NCBI GenBank assembly: GCA_003971905.1 | Contig: RSEE01000050.1 | Location: 62,001 to 126,000, forward strand | DNA length: 64,000 bases | Direction: 5' to 3' | Source of the DNA: Moniliella sp. 'wahieum' | Lineage: Eukaryota | Shown here: positions 13,504-25,861 of the stretch, piece by piece | Position numbering within the stretch: the first letter of the stretch is position 1 | Layout of the letters: every line of letters starts with the position of its first letter | Translations under genes and position numbers: made by a program | The notes under the pieces: generated by a model | Told to the model about the DNA's origin: nothing | The model's database searches: none | Seen by the model: only the letters and a program-made list of their open reading frames with translations

Positions 13504-13773
13504 ATGGCCCGCAACGCACCCGACCTGGGCGCTCCCATCGACCCTGCCCAGCTTCGGCGCGTCGTCCAGGGGGACATGGACCGTGCCGAGGCGCTGCTGC
13601 CCTCGCGAGCAGCGCTGCTGGACGCGCTGGAAACGCGGCAAGCCGAGTTAAAGCACGCCTACCGTGCCGTCCAAACCGAGTTGGCCTCGTTGCAGCAGGA
13701 CGAGCGCATCTTGCTCATTGCGCTCGGAAAAGTCAGCCGCGAACTGGACCAGTGCCCCATCCCCGAATCGTGA
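13504..13773 (+). CDS. Small hypothetical coiled-coil protein
   Basis: Clean ~89-aa ORF with a heptad-like stretch (LLDALETRQAELKHAYRAVQTELASLQQDERILL). TCACGTG upstream at 13367. Confidence 0.5.
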   Translation: MARNAPDLGAPIDPAQLRRVVQGDMDRAEALLPSRAALLDALETRQAELKHAYRAVQTELASLQQDERILLIALGKVSRELDQCPIPES

Positions 13774-14573
13774 CCCCCTATCTGCTCTGCGTCGGCCCCA
13801 AGTTCCCATCCAGGCTCGGGTCCCCGTACCTCGGCGGACAGAGATGGGCACACGTGGCGAGTACCAGCGGTACGCAGCGGGAGGGAGAGGACAATGCCGC
13901 AGCAGAGAGAGGATGGCCAAGACGGTGCAGCCTCACTTGCCTTGTTTGGCACAGACTGGGTATGCCTCGGCCTGCCGGCTCGCTGTGCGCTGGGATGAAC
14001 GGCGCGTGGACGGCCAAAGCAAGCCCACAAAGGAGGACGGGCCTAGCGGTTCCCAATACCGGCCTCTCATTCCATCCAGCAGAGACCTCAGCGTGCAGAA
14101 TGGCCCTAGAGAGGTCAAGTCGGGGGGGCCAGTGAGGAAATGGATTGTCAGGGGTGCTCGGTGGCTACCAGTGACCTTGACTTTTGCCATTTGACATGTG
14201 ACATTTGATACTTGACCTTGATTGGCACTCGCCACCTTTGCAAAGTTGACTAGCGGCTAGTTATGAGGTTTACCTATCGCGTGGCATTCCTGAAACCTGT
14301 CATCCCACTAGGACTGGTAGTCAGCCTAACTGATCTATGTGAGCCCATGACTCCAACGTCGGTCGTAGCTGCACTTCCTAACCCTCGGCCCTACCTTTAT
14401 CAGTATCAAGGTCAATGGAAGAAAAATGCGTATTGGTTACAACGGTTGAGGTTGCCTGTACTTCGAGCACTTTAGCGGGAAAAAGAGGGATGAGGGTGTG
14501 TGTTGAACCGTACCAGGGACCCCACCTCTGGCAAGAGGAGAGGAGGCGAGAGGGCCAAGTAGTTGTCTTGGTT

Positions 14574-15621
14574 TTACTCGATCACCTGCACCGGCTTGGC
14601 GCCCTCGACAAGCCAGTCTTTGGAGATGTAGTTGCGAATGCCATCGGCCATGATGACCACCACATTCGCCTCCGGGTTCTGGCCAATCGCCTTGCCGTGC
14701 TCCGACTCGAGCCAGTCCAGGGCACCATAGAGAATGGCGCCAGAGGCCGCCGACGAGCAAGCCTTCGTCGCGGATGATGGCGCGGGTCATGGCGAACGAC
14801 TTGTCGTCCCCGTCTTGACCCACTCATCCACCACTGACTTGTCGAGCGTGTCCGGGTCAAAGTCGTAGCCAATGCCCTCCACCTTGTACGCGCCGTCGAG
14901 CCGGGAGGAAGGACATTGAGCGACGCCGGCTCGGCAATCGTCGATCCCACAGGGTCAATCGCCACGACCTTGCAGGCGGGATTGTGGTCGGGCCGCTTCA
15001 ACCGATGGCCCAGCCCCGTGATCGTGCCGCCCGTGCCGACACCAGCAAAAACAGCATCGACGAGGGTGTGCGAGCTAGGACCGCGGCTAAGCGAGCCATT
15101 CCGGAGAGCGTCAATGATCTCCTGGGCAGTCACTTCCTGGGCCAGCGGGTTGTTCTGGTTCCCAAATTGGTCGAGGATGACAGCGTTGGGAATCTCCTTG
15201 GCAAGGCGGTGAGCAACATTGATGTTGCAGCGAGGGTCGTCATGGCCGGCCTCGGTGGGAGTGCGATGATCTCGGAGCCGAGGGCACGCATCGTATTGAC
15301 CTTTTCTTGGCTCATCTTTTGGGGCAGGACAATGATGCAGGGTACCCCTTGACAGCGGCAATCAGGCTCAAGCCGACCCCGGTTGCCCGAGGTAGGCTCG
15401 ATAATGACACTCTTGCCTGGCACGAGACGGCCATCGGCCTCGGCCTGCTCTACCATGAGCTTGGCGATACGGTCCTTGATCGAGCCACCGGCATTGAAGA
15501 ACTCACACTTGGCAAAGACATTGCACTTGATGCCATGGGCCTGGGGGATGCGATTGAGGCGGAAGAGGGGCGTGTCGCCGACACGCTCGAGAGCGTTCTC
15601 CCAAATGTGCTGGTTGGACAT
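14574..15621 (-). CDS. CYS4: Cystathionine beta-synthase (catalytic PLP domain only)
   Basis: [29 protein letters not shown] (PLP lysine), [45 protein letters not shown], and [12 protein letters not shown]-stop. Confidence 0.9.
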
Positions 15622-17020
15622 TAGAGGAAGAAAGAAGGGAGGAGTGTGCTGAGGAAATGATAGGATGTGGGGAGGGAGAGGATGCTAAAGTGAGTTGAAG
15701 CAAGGCGACCCAGAAAGAGAGGTATCTGACTGAGGGACAAGTACAACAAAGAGAAAGAGGAAACCTGGTGGGTGACGGCAAATGGCACGCTCACAGCACA
15801 GGTTGGACTGAGCTTCCCAGACAAGCCTGTTGGAGGCGGGTGGGACAAGGAGGCTGGCCAGAAAGGGGCGAGCCAGGAGAGGGTGGAGCGGGAGGAGGAG
15901 GGATGAGGGCTGCACACGAGGGGGCAGCAAAAGCGGCGGGGGCGGTGGTGGTGGTGGTGGGAAGAAAGAAGGAAGAGAAGGCGGTTTGGGGCGGGTGCGC
16001 TTTGCGCTCATGTCTTAGTAGCCGGGCGATCAGGAGAAACGCATGGGCAGAAAAAAAAAACGGCCGACTATAGCCGGGGCGGGCGCAGGGGCAGTGTTTG
16101 CTCCAGCATTGCAATGTTGAAGGTTGGAGGTTGACATTGACTGGTTGACTACGTCGACGGGTCAAATTAATCCACGCAACAACCTTTGACGCCTCTAACT
16201 CCATATCTGATGCTGTCGAATAGCTTTTGGCCTAGCCACCATCCCATCCCTTCTGTCACATGTCAGGCGACGGTGCCAACTGCTCACATTCGCTCCATCC
16301 GCCCCTATACGCCTTCGCGTCTACCTGGAAAAGCGTGCCTGTCTCGAGCACGCATCCGCCCAAAATGCATGCTAAAAAACAAATAAAAATCAAACCATGG
16401 CGTGCTCCCATGGCGCATCGTCGCTCTTCAGACCATCAACATCGGGGCCCTTGTCGACCAAGCTTCAGCTTCAGCTTGAAGCTGAACATGATGTCGGTGA
16501 TGTCGGTGATGCACCACACCAGTTCATATCACCTCTGCGTGGTGATGCACATCACATTCACTAGCTTCATTCCGATTGGCACATGCTACCCTTTGTTGGG
16601 CAGGAACCCCCATTATACAGCCTTGTCGGGACTACGCCAAACATGCCCAAAATGTCCCTAATACTCAGTACTGACCCATGTGTCAGCGCTGTAGGGAGTC
16701 GCGCAGCAACCACCGTCTGGTACACATGCGTGATTCTTGCTTGCATCCACATTGATGTGCTTTTGTCAGTGATGAAGCGACTTGTGAATGTTCCTTTTTG
16801 CTCTCAACCTCACCAGCGCCAAAAGGTTGGGCCTCTTCAGCCTTCCCATGTGGATTTTTGTCGGGCTCTAGTATATTGCACGGCGAGCAAGAAAAGAAAA
16901 GGGATGGGGCAAAGCCGGCAAAGAGCTCTTACAGTGCGATCAAGAGAGCGCATCACCACATCCCCTCTATTTGTGCCTCGCCCGACCGTTATCGACAACG
17001 GCATAGTGATCAGTGTCAGC

Positions 17021-18531
17021 CTACTTTGTTCTCCGATGTGACGGTCGAGGGTGGGATGCAGCAGATCTGCTATCAGCTTTTTTCTGGCCAGGGACCGTTG
17101 GAGGCAGGGCAGGCAGGGCTTGCTGAGAAATTGTCGGAACGGAAGACGAAGCGGTAATGACCGAGAGGCCATACTGCCGACGCGTCAACGATTGCCGTTC
17201 GTTGGCACGCAGCCCCCGTTGGGCCAAGGAGAAACGATCTGTTCGTTCGTCCAGAGAATGGGACGACAGGCTACCTCTGTGAGAGGGCAACGAGGCACCC
17301 CGTTGACTGGTGCTTTCGTCCTTGTTCCATGCCTCGTAGAACCAGTGAGGTTCAGGCTCCACATCCTCCTCGTGGTCAAATAGGGAAACCGTTTCCCGTC
17401 CCATTTCGAGTGAAGAGGAGGTATCGACGAATTGGGAGCCCGTTTTGTCTGTTGTGCTTGATCCTGCGCTCCCATGTGTAGAAGAGGAAGGCGCTTTGGG
17501 GAGACGGTCTGGCCGCTGGGTGCTCGCGCTGTGGCTAGTCCTACTGTTGGTCAGCGTTTTTTGAGATCGACCAAGGTATGCCTGGAACGCCGACGTCGGC
17601 ACAAACGAAGAAGGCGGGCTGGTGCTACTGCGCTCCTTTGAAAATGGCCGGGAAAAGGATCCCTTGAGGCTTCCTGATAACGGCTGAGAGACAGAGTCCT
17701 TCAAGCTTTGCCACCGAGGAGGATTGGTCGTTCCAACCTCACTCTTCTTCTTCGGCACCGTGTCCGCCTCCTTTTCGCCCGGCATATGCGGATGAAGAAC
17801 GCGCGGCCTTAGTTGGGCCACCACAGGAAAGACTGGTGCGTAGACTGAGGATTCGAAGTAGGCACTGAATTCAAAGATGCCTGGTCAACCGCGAGGAGGA
17901 GCGTTGGACTGATCAGTACGTGCCTGGGGCGGCTTGCCGTATCTCAGCTCTTTGTTCTCCTCAAGAGGTATCTTTGGTCAGCCGATCTCCACAGATCTTA
18001 GGGCGGTGTAGTATAGCCAATGCTAGCAAGCGCTTCTCCTGATCAAGGAGGTGGAAGAGGATTGGGAAAGACGAACTGCACAACTGGCAGAGAATAAAAA
18101 CGAAACAAATAAGTGCATGTGGTACGCCGAAAATGGCTTGCTCTCGCCGGGGCCGGGATGTCGGACATGGGGAAGGGTACAAAGGACGAAAATGGGTCCA
18201 CGGAGGTCGGATATGTGTGTGTGGGGTGCATTATCACTTAAGTCACTACAAGAGAGGCTGCACTGAAGCCGACACTTGATCGAAACTCTGCGCGAACCCT
18301 CTCGCTCTCCAACCGTCCAGGGACACTCCTCCACATACCTGACCAGACTCTCTTCCGCATGCAACGGCATAATGACACAGAGCTGTAGGTTGTGGCGATC
18401 CGGTGTTCATCCTTATCTTCTCTCAGATCGTAGACATCTCTCGCCTGTATGTTGCTCGTTGCTCTGTGCTGGTCTCTTCTACCGATGGAGAAAAGAGAGC
18501 CGACATGTAATGCCTTAGAATGCCCACTCAT
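17021..18531 (-). CDS. Hypothetical Ser-rich protein (multi-exon, boundaries uncertain)
   Basis: 267-aa ORF at 17021-17824 with coding-like composition. Upstream ORF starting MSGHSKALH ends at a GTATGT donor. Confidence 0.35.
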
Positions 18532-19108
18532 GTATATGGTCACTGTATGTTGCGCTGCGCCTTCGCCCACGACGTTTTGCGCGTCATGACGCGGTGGCGG
18601 TGTGCCGGTGGCGTTGGGGTGGCGTTGGAGGTGGCGTCTTGGTGGGAGCGGAGCGCCGGCTGGCTGGGCGCATACGCTGCTGAGCGTGTTGCACCGTTGC
18701 CCAAGTCCAGCAGTCTTAACTGGACTAGGAGCAGGCTGAGACTGACGGCTTGATGAGTAGCGACTAGTGAACGTTGAACGGGGCTGCGGGACCCCGTCGC
18801 TTTGTGTCGCAGACGCGATGGACCGAACCCGTCAGCCCCACACTCTTCTATTGCCGCCCATCCACAAAGTCCGATCGCGCTTCAAGGCCACCCTTGCGTG
18901 CCCACCTGGCCGGTCGCTGCCATCTAGTCTGTCTTGAGGTCTGAGGCTTGGCACCCAAAGTCCCCTGATGCGCTTGAGGACATCGGCCTGTGAGCCGATG
19001 ATGTATCAGGGTGGCATAAGAGTGCAAGCGTGTCACCATCTCACGCCAATGATCGAGCACCCCTGCCTTCAACCACAAAGTAGAAGTTGGAACAGGATCT
19101 TTCAACCT

Positions 19109-19205
19109 GGTCGATTAGCTCAGTTGGTCAGAGCGTGGTACTAATAGCATCCTGCCGGAGCTGTAGTAAATGCCAAGGTCATGAGTTCAAGCCTCATATT
19201 GACCA
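19109..19205 (+). tRNA. tRNA-Ile(AAT) with a 23-nt intron
   Basis: Acceptor stem GGTCGAT/ATTGACC-A. D-arm TAGCTCAGTTGGTCAGAGC. Anticodon arm TGGTA-CT-AAT-A[intron 19147-19169]A-TGCCA. T-arm ATGAG-TTCAAGC-CTCAT. Oligo-T Pol III terminator downstream. Confidence 0.93.
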
Positions 19206-20178
19206 CTTTTTTGTACCACAAGGACATATCCCGCAAGTTTGAATCTGCATTCTCTGGTGCTGCGCACGATGGGGAGGTGAGGGACGAAAGCCATTAGGTC
19301 CCCTTTTTGCCCCTCCGATGTCGTATAGGCATCGTTATAGCAAAGGGCCGTGGAGAGCAAATCTGGCTGGCGTATCAGCAGTGCCCTCAAGAGTACTATA
19401 GTTAAAATTGCGACGAACGAGCGTCACATCCCCCTCCATGCATCGGAGGACGTCCGTCGGTCGCATGGCTAAAAGCTGTTACGTACGGCAGAAAGGCAGG
19501 AGGGGGCGTACTTGGGCGCAAACGAAGGTAGTTGCCTGCCCGCTGTGGCCAGAGCAGGTAGTAATGGGGGTGGGAAGAAAGGGAAATGCCCAACTAAGAG
19601 ATAAGCGGGGATGGGAGTCCAATAAAAAGGTACTAAATGGGATGGGGTAATGGGTGGCCATGCAGGGGGTACATGGCACATCGCAAGCAAAGTCCCTCTC
19701 GCCCACAGCACCGGGCTGACCCGTGTGTGTCAGAGAGAGAAAACTAGCAAGGCGCAACACAAAACAAGATAAAAACCCAGATGCCGAGTGCGCCTCAAGA
19801 AAGATAGCCGCAGGGCCGGAGCCGTCGCGAGACCGAGGTGTGTGGGCAGATGAGACGAGAGGTAACCGGTAACCAGCGAGCTGTGTGATGGAAGTGCGAA
19901 GACAGGGTAGTGGCGAAGGGTAATACAGTTTGTAGTAGGGTTGAATTGGTCTTCCTTGTACGCGGAGAAGGGGAAGGCAAAAGAGGATATAGAAAGGTCC
20001 AAGGTGGCGCCCTGTCGATCTGAGAGAGCGACAAGCGTTTTGCAGTCGATACGCACGAGCGGGAATAGCGAAACGATGGTGGAATATAGAGAGATAAGGA
20101 GACCGTGTACCTTACTGGCTATGCAGTGCCAAATGAGTGTGGGAGGGAAATGCAAGAGGAAGACGGCAGCGACCTGAT

Positions 20179-20905
20179 TTAGTTGTCCTCCATCACACGG
20201 AACTTGAGTGGCTTCAGCACACCCCCACAAGTCCGCTAGCTCTTCAAAGACGGCCTTGGTCATGTCCACATCGTGCTTCGACTTGCACGAGCTTCCACAT
20301 TCGTCCACCACCTTGGCCGACACCGACTTGCCATTGTACCTGCCGAACCGCAAGTGAGTCAGCAGAGCCCCCACAGAACCATACTGGAGATGGATCCGTT
20401 TCCCGCAACCCGGTGGATCCAGTAAGGGGATGATGAAAAGGAGGAAAGGAGGAAAGGAGCATACTGGAGATGGATCCATTGTCCGCAATGGGCCGGAGAG
20501 CCAGCGGGAACAGCAACTGCCATGCTGCTGTCCGTGGGAGCCTTTCCACCGCAAGCAGGTTCACTCTTGAGGTCCAGAGGGCAGCACAAAACGTCAGCAA
20601 GCAGGATTCATCGCACACGCACTGATTCGGGCACAATAGATCACTGTGGTGCAGGGAAGGGGGGACGATTGATCTGCCAAATAAATGTAGCTGTAGGGAG
20701 AGGGAGGGACGTACCATCTTGCTTCCGCTGTAGTAAGTGCCCGTCCGCCCGAGTAGACGCGGTAGCGTTTTTCCAGCGAGAGTTCCGAGTGACGAGCTTT
20801 GTTGGCCGCGCGGGCTTGTCCAGGGGCAAGGAGGGGAGAGGATGAGGCAGTGGCCACGGAAGCGGCAGCGACAACGAGGGTGCACAGAACAGTCAACAAC
20901 TTCAT
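20179..20905 (-). CDS. Secreted RlpA-like double-psi beta-barrel (expansin/loosenin-like) protein
   Basis: Signal peptide MKLLTVLCTLVVAAASVATA and Kex2 site EKR. Mature part: G-TYYSGSKM|SEPACGG..DSSMAVAV..CGQWIHLQ|YNGKSVSAKVVDECGSSC..DVDMTKAVFEELADL. Introns 20566-20714 and 20340-20464. Confidence 0.88.
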
Positions 20906-21642
20906 GGCGAGCGTGGGTGGGAGGGGATGGGTGGGAGTATGTGGTGGGTGAGAAGGGGGCGAGTGGGAGGCGCAGGCGGGATTCAGGAGAGCGCCAACAA
21001 GCTGGGTTAGTTATTGGGTGCGAAGGCGACGTATTGGTGGAACGTTGGGTGTAAAGGAGGTGCTCACGTGCGAGAAGCGCGGGGGTGGGCTGGAGGCAGA
21101 CGGGCAGTGTGAGTCGGGCTGAGTCCAGGGGTGCTTGCCGGGGGCAGTGTGGAGCGGCAAGCCACGGGAGGCAGAGCTGACTCGTGATTAATGATTAGCG
21201 CCAGCGCATCCATCACGAGAGTCACCACTTTAGCTAACCTTCTGCAAGCCTCCACAGCTTCTCCGCCTTCAAGCTTCAAGCTTCAAGTCAAGCTTCAGCA
21301 CCTTCAAGCTTCAGCCCCCTATGAATATCGCCAGTGGGATCGGCCGACAGCTGACTGCTGACTGATGCTTTGCAGGGTTACCAAGTTCCAAAGAGCGAGT
21401 CTGCGTGGAAAGCGGCTAACAGGTCGACGTTCTTGAAAGAAAACATGGTGAATATGATGTCCCTGCTTTGCCCTCTCCTTTTTCTGCTGGCATGTGGCCT
21501 GCTGTTGTTACTAGTACTATGCCACAACCCGTCTATCCAAGGCGTTTGCCCTCCTTGGTAGTATCTGCAGCCGCCGCGGCACTCCACGTCGCGGGCGTTG
21601 CAATGGGCACCATAGATTATACGATGCAAGTTGAGGCTCCCT

Positions 21643-23330
21643 CTACGCCTTGGGCAGCTCGCGATGGTTTTTGAACGAGGCGGAGCGGGCCAGTGCCCGC
21701 TTGGCCAGCTCCACAGTGTTCTTCTGGCGCTTGGTGAGCATACGTTCGCTGAGCTTGGGCTGGTGTTCCTCCGCATCTTGTGGAGCCAGGCAACGTTGGT
21801 GCTTTGCCGTTCGACCAACTCGTTGTTGACCAGCGCACGGGTCAGGTGGAACGCCTCAATCGACCGCGACGAGACGAGACCGTGGCGGGCGGTACGGCCC
21901 ATCTGGCGCACCTTGCGCACCTGCCCACGTGTGCGCGGCGACGTGGACTGGTACCACTCCCAGGAAAGCTTGTAGATGTCTCCGGCGGCGGGGAAGGGAG
22001 ACGCAATGTCCGTCTCGTACTTGACGTCGCTGGTGGACCCCTCGCCCGGACCGACCAGAGCTTCCCGCGCGCCCTGCCGGCCGGTGGTGGTACGGTTGCG
22101 GAAGCCCGAGCCGGGCCGCCTGGTCTCCTTGCGGACGGTAATGGTAGGGTAGCGCATAAAGATCACTGAGCAGGTGGTCCAGCTGACTTCGAGGTGCGGA
22201 GGAACAAAGAGGAAGGAGGCGGCATAGGGAACCGGGGTGAACGGACGCACACCCTTGGGCAACGGTTCCTTCTCGCCCTTGTTCTTCCTTTTGGCTTCCT
22301 TGGCTGCCTTCTCTGCTTTTTCCTCCTTGATCTCATCCTGCACCGCCTGCATCTCGGAGGAAGCAGCCTCCGCCGCGGCGTCCTTGTCGTCGGAAGACTT
22401 TCCTTCTTCCTCGGCTGCTGCCTCGGCCTTGGCCTCCTCTTGCACCTCGGGTTCTTCCGACGCTTCCTCCGCCTCCGCCTCTGCCTCCACCTCGAGCGCG
22501 CCCGTTTCGGCCCCCTTGAGCTTCTTCAGCTCCTTCTCCGTGTACCGCAGGAAAGGGATGCGAGACGGAGCACCTGAACCAAGTCGCCCGGTTCGAGCCA
22601 CAGACCCGGGTTGGTCACCACCACGCCGTTCAACTTGACGTGTCCGCCGAGGATGAGCGAGCGGGCCTTGTAGACCGACGAGGCAAAGCACGCGCGGAAC
22701 ACGACCACGTCCAGGCCACGCTCCACGTCACGCATGTACAGCTGCGCCATCGGAGGCTGGTCGTCGGCACTGGTCAAGAGCGTATCCGACGCATACTGCT
22801 CCCGGGCGGCCGAGAGCGGGGACTGGGCCACCTGGTACCCGCCAATGTCCACCACCTGGTTCGCCACATTGGCCTGTTCTCGAGCGCCCTTGTTGAGCCC
22901 GGCCGAGGTGCCGCCCTGGTTGAACGAAGGCAGGCGGAGCGGGACAAAGTAGCGCTTGAAACGGCCCTCTTGGATCCAGTCGCCGTGGTAGCCACGGGCA
23001 AAGCGCTTGGCCTTAAACCGTTGCTGGTAGACGGTGCCGTTGGAGCGGTTGAAGTAGATCTCGCTTCGCTTGCGCGGTTGAAGGTACGGTTGAGGATGTT
23101 GTAGAGGTTGTGCACGTTCCACGACATGCGCGGCAGCATGCCCTGGTCGTGGTGGCCAAACAGCTTTTTGCGCAAGCGCGAGCGGGTCTCGACGGGCGCC
23201 GAGGCGTGCAGGCGCGCAGCGGGCGTGACGGCCAGCGGGGCACGGGCGTGGCGCGCAGAGCGACGGGCGCAGTGAAGCGCATTGCGGACAGGGGACTGGC
23301 GCGCATCGCCGCCACGACCGAGACGCGCAT
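21643..23330 (-). CDS. NAM9: Mitochondrial small-subunit ribosomal protein uS4m
   Basis: Arg-rich presequence, LPRMSWNVHNLYN, YQQRFKAKRFARGYHGDWIQEGRFKRYF, S4 domain VERGLDVVVFRACFASSVYKARSLILGGHVKLNG, and PYAASFLFVPPHLEVSWTTCSVIFMRYPT. Confidence 0.9.
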
Positions 23331-24288
23331 CGGGAATGGACGGTGGGAAGCCCAGCGCAGCCTTCGCCGCACGCCCGCCGGGAAACTTGTCTGGTCGAGC
23401 CCCACCAGAAGAAAAGCGGAATTTGGAATGCCGCTGCTGGCCGCCATTCCGCCTGGCACCATGTGACTAACCAACTACTCGCCCGCGCGCGGTGCACGTG
23501 ACGTGCCCGGCGCTGGCCGCTGGCGCTCCTCCTGAGGCCTGATGGGGGGCTGCGCGTGGGCCTCTCCTGGCTACCCCCCCCGCCGCCAACGGCTGCTCAT
23601 GCACTCATCCTCATCCACCCCAACCACTGCGTGCGTGCCAGGGGGCTGCCGTTCATGTAGTCGCAGCGACAGCTCTGCCCGCCGCCTGTTCCCCCCGCAC
23701 GTGCTGTTGCGCATGCTACCGAGGGTGTATTTGGACTTTTGGACTGGACGTCTTGGTCGCTTTTGAGGCCAGCTGAGCAAACAGGGCCTCCTGCCCCTTC
23801 GACGAGTCCGTGCAACAGCAAACTGACCAAAAGGAAGCAGCAGCCCACTCCTATGATTCGTAACTTGCAGTTCTAGTCTGTTCGAGTCCATCTTGGCCGT
23901 CGCGGTGAGCGCCTGGAACGGAGATAGTCGATGCCGTGGATCCCTGATGGAGACGACCATGGCCGTCGGGCGCGGTCGGCTACTCTCGGCCCACGCGGCT
24001 TTGCTGAGCGCTGACGGCGATAGGGCTCCTTTGGCTGGGACGCGGACACCGACACGTGCTTGGTCGGGAGGATCTGACGGTCCCTCGGAGTTAATAACAG
24101 AGTCAGTCACTCAGGCTGAGCAGGAACCGGGTCAAGCCAATATTTACGGAAACGCCAGCGCCAAGCTGTCGAGTCAAAAAAAGTCAAAAGTCAAAAAGAG
24201 GTGGCCAGTGCGTCGCTCGGGCCCATTTAAGTCGCCCCCCACCACCATACCCTTGACTACCTCACCCCCACATCCACCCTTTGGCCCC

Positions 24289-25214
24289 ATGACCAGCCGT
24301 CCCTTTGTGCAAGTTGACGTGTTTACCCTCTCCCCCACGGCCGGGTACACGGGGAACCCCGTGGCGGTCGTGCAGGATGCGACGGGCCTGACGACGGAGC
24401 AAGCAGCAGTTTGCCAACTGGACCAACTTGAGCGAAACCACCTTTCTTTTGCTCCCACCGAGGCCGGCGCGGACTACCATGTGCGCATCTTTACCCCGCA
24501 GAGCGAGCTGCCGTTTGCTGGGCATCCTACCCTCGGATCGGCGCATGCCTGGCTCGCACTTACCGGCCAGACGAAGGACGAGCTGGTGCAGCAGTGCGGG
24601 CTGGGCGCGGTGCGGATCAAGCGGATTGACGGGCGGCTGAGTTTGGCTGCGCCGCCGCTGCGGGTGGACGAGGAGGTGGACCCGGTCCTGGCGCAAAGGG
24701 ACTGGAGGCGTGTGGGTGCCACCGGAGCTGGTGCAAGCTTCGCGACGCATGACCAACGGGCCTGACTTTCACATCTTTCTCCCTCTTCGGCCGAGGAGGT
24801 GTTGGCGCTTGAGCCCAACATGAGCGCCTTGCGTGCCATTGACTCAGGCTCCGGATGGGGGTTCATTGCTCCCTACCTCTCTCCCAAGCCCGGCACGCCA
24901 GACTTTGAATGCCGCATGTTCTACCCCAGACGGGGGTGGACGAAGACCCTATCACCGGTAGCTTTAAGTACGTTCTACGTTGCCCTTTCCCAGCTGTGCT
25001 CTCGGCGTGGATCCGAGTACCTGACCTTCCTCTTCCCGCGCAGTGCTGCAGCGGCCCAATGGCTCATCCGCACAGGCAAGGCACCTGCTTCGTACCTCTG
25101 TAGCCAAGGCACCATCCTCGGCCGCAAGGCCGAGTCCACGTCCGCTCCGACTCGGACAACATTTGGATTGGCGGAGAGACGGTGACCTGCATCGAGGGCA
25201 AAGTGGTCATCTAA
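24289..25214 (+). CDS. PhzF/YHI9-family (diaminopimelate epimerase-like) protein
   Basis: FVQVDVFT..GNPVAVV, FANWTNLSETTF, VRIFTPQSELPFAGHPTLGSAHAW, EDPITGSFN (spliced across a GTACGT..CAG intron, ~24968-25043), SQGTILGR and IWIGGETVTCIEG. Confidence 0.9.
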
Positions 25215-25861
25215 GATTGGTCGCACCTCGTTTGGAGCGGTCGGGTCGAGGTGGAGCAGCTGGTTGGCGGGACAAGTAGGTTCGAAATCCGAAAACGAAT
25301 GGGCGCTTGCTCCTTGAACTAAACGATGATGCATGTGCTCCCCCCACCGGCGAGAAGAAAGCTCGATCTTCTTTTCGGCTCTCTGCTATCTTAGCTCGTA
25401 TCCATACTTGTTATATGGGTTGCCTTTGTCTGGGTCCTTGTTCTCCTATCGCCGCCATCCTGGGCAAGACCACGCGTTTTTAGAAACCCATCACAGCTGG
25501 AATACGTGGGCCATATGGGCATCGCATTCGATCTTGTCCATAGGCAGAAGGGAAACGAAACCAAGGACAAATAACAGGGGGAGGGGGAGAGAGGGATGGG
25601 AAAGCTGCATGCATGCTGCGCCGGCAGGCCAGCAGCCCCTCTCTATGAAGGCAGTACGAGTACGATGCGACTAGGTATAGTCACTTGAGCCCGCTGGGCA
25701 GCCCGCCTGAAGCGTCTCGGCAGCAATGGGATAGGGCATGAGTGGGGTCAAGCAGGAGCCACATCAAGAGGCAAAGAGGACACAGACAGTATGTACGGCT
25801 GGAACAGGGAGCAGGAGGGGGAATGGACCCAGGCGAGGGAGAGCAAAGTCAACGTTCAAGG

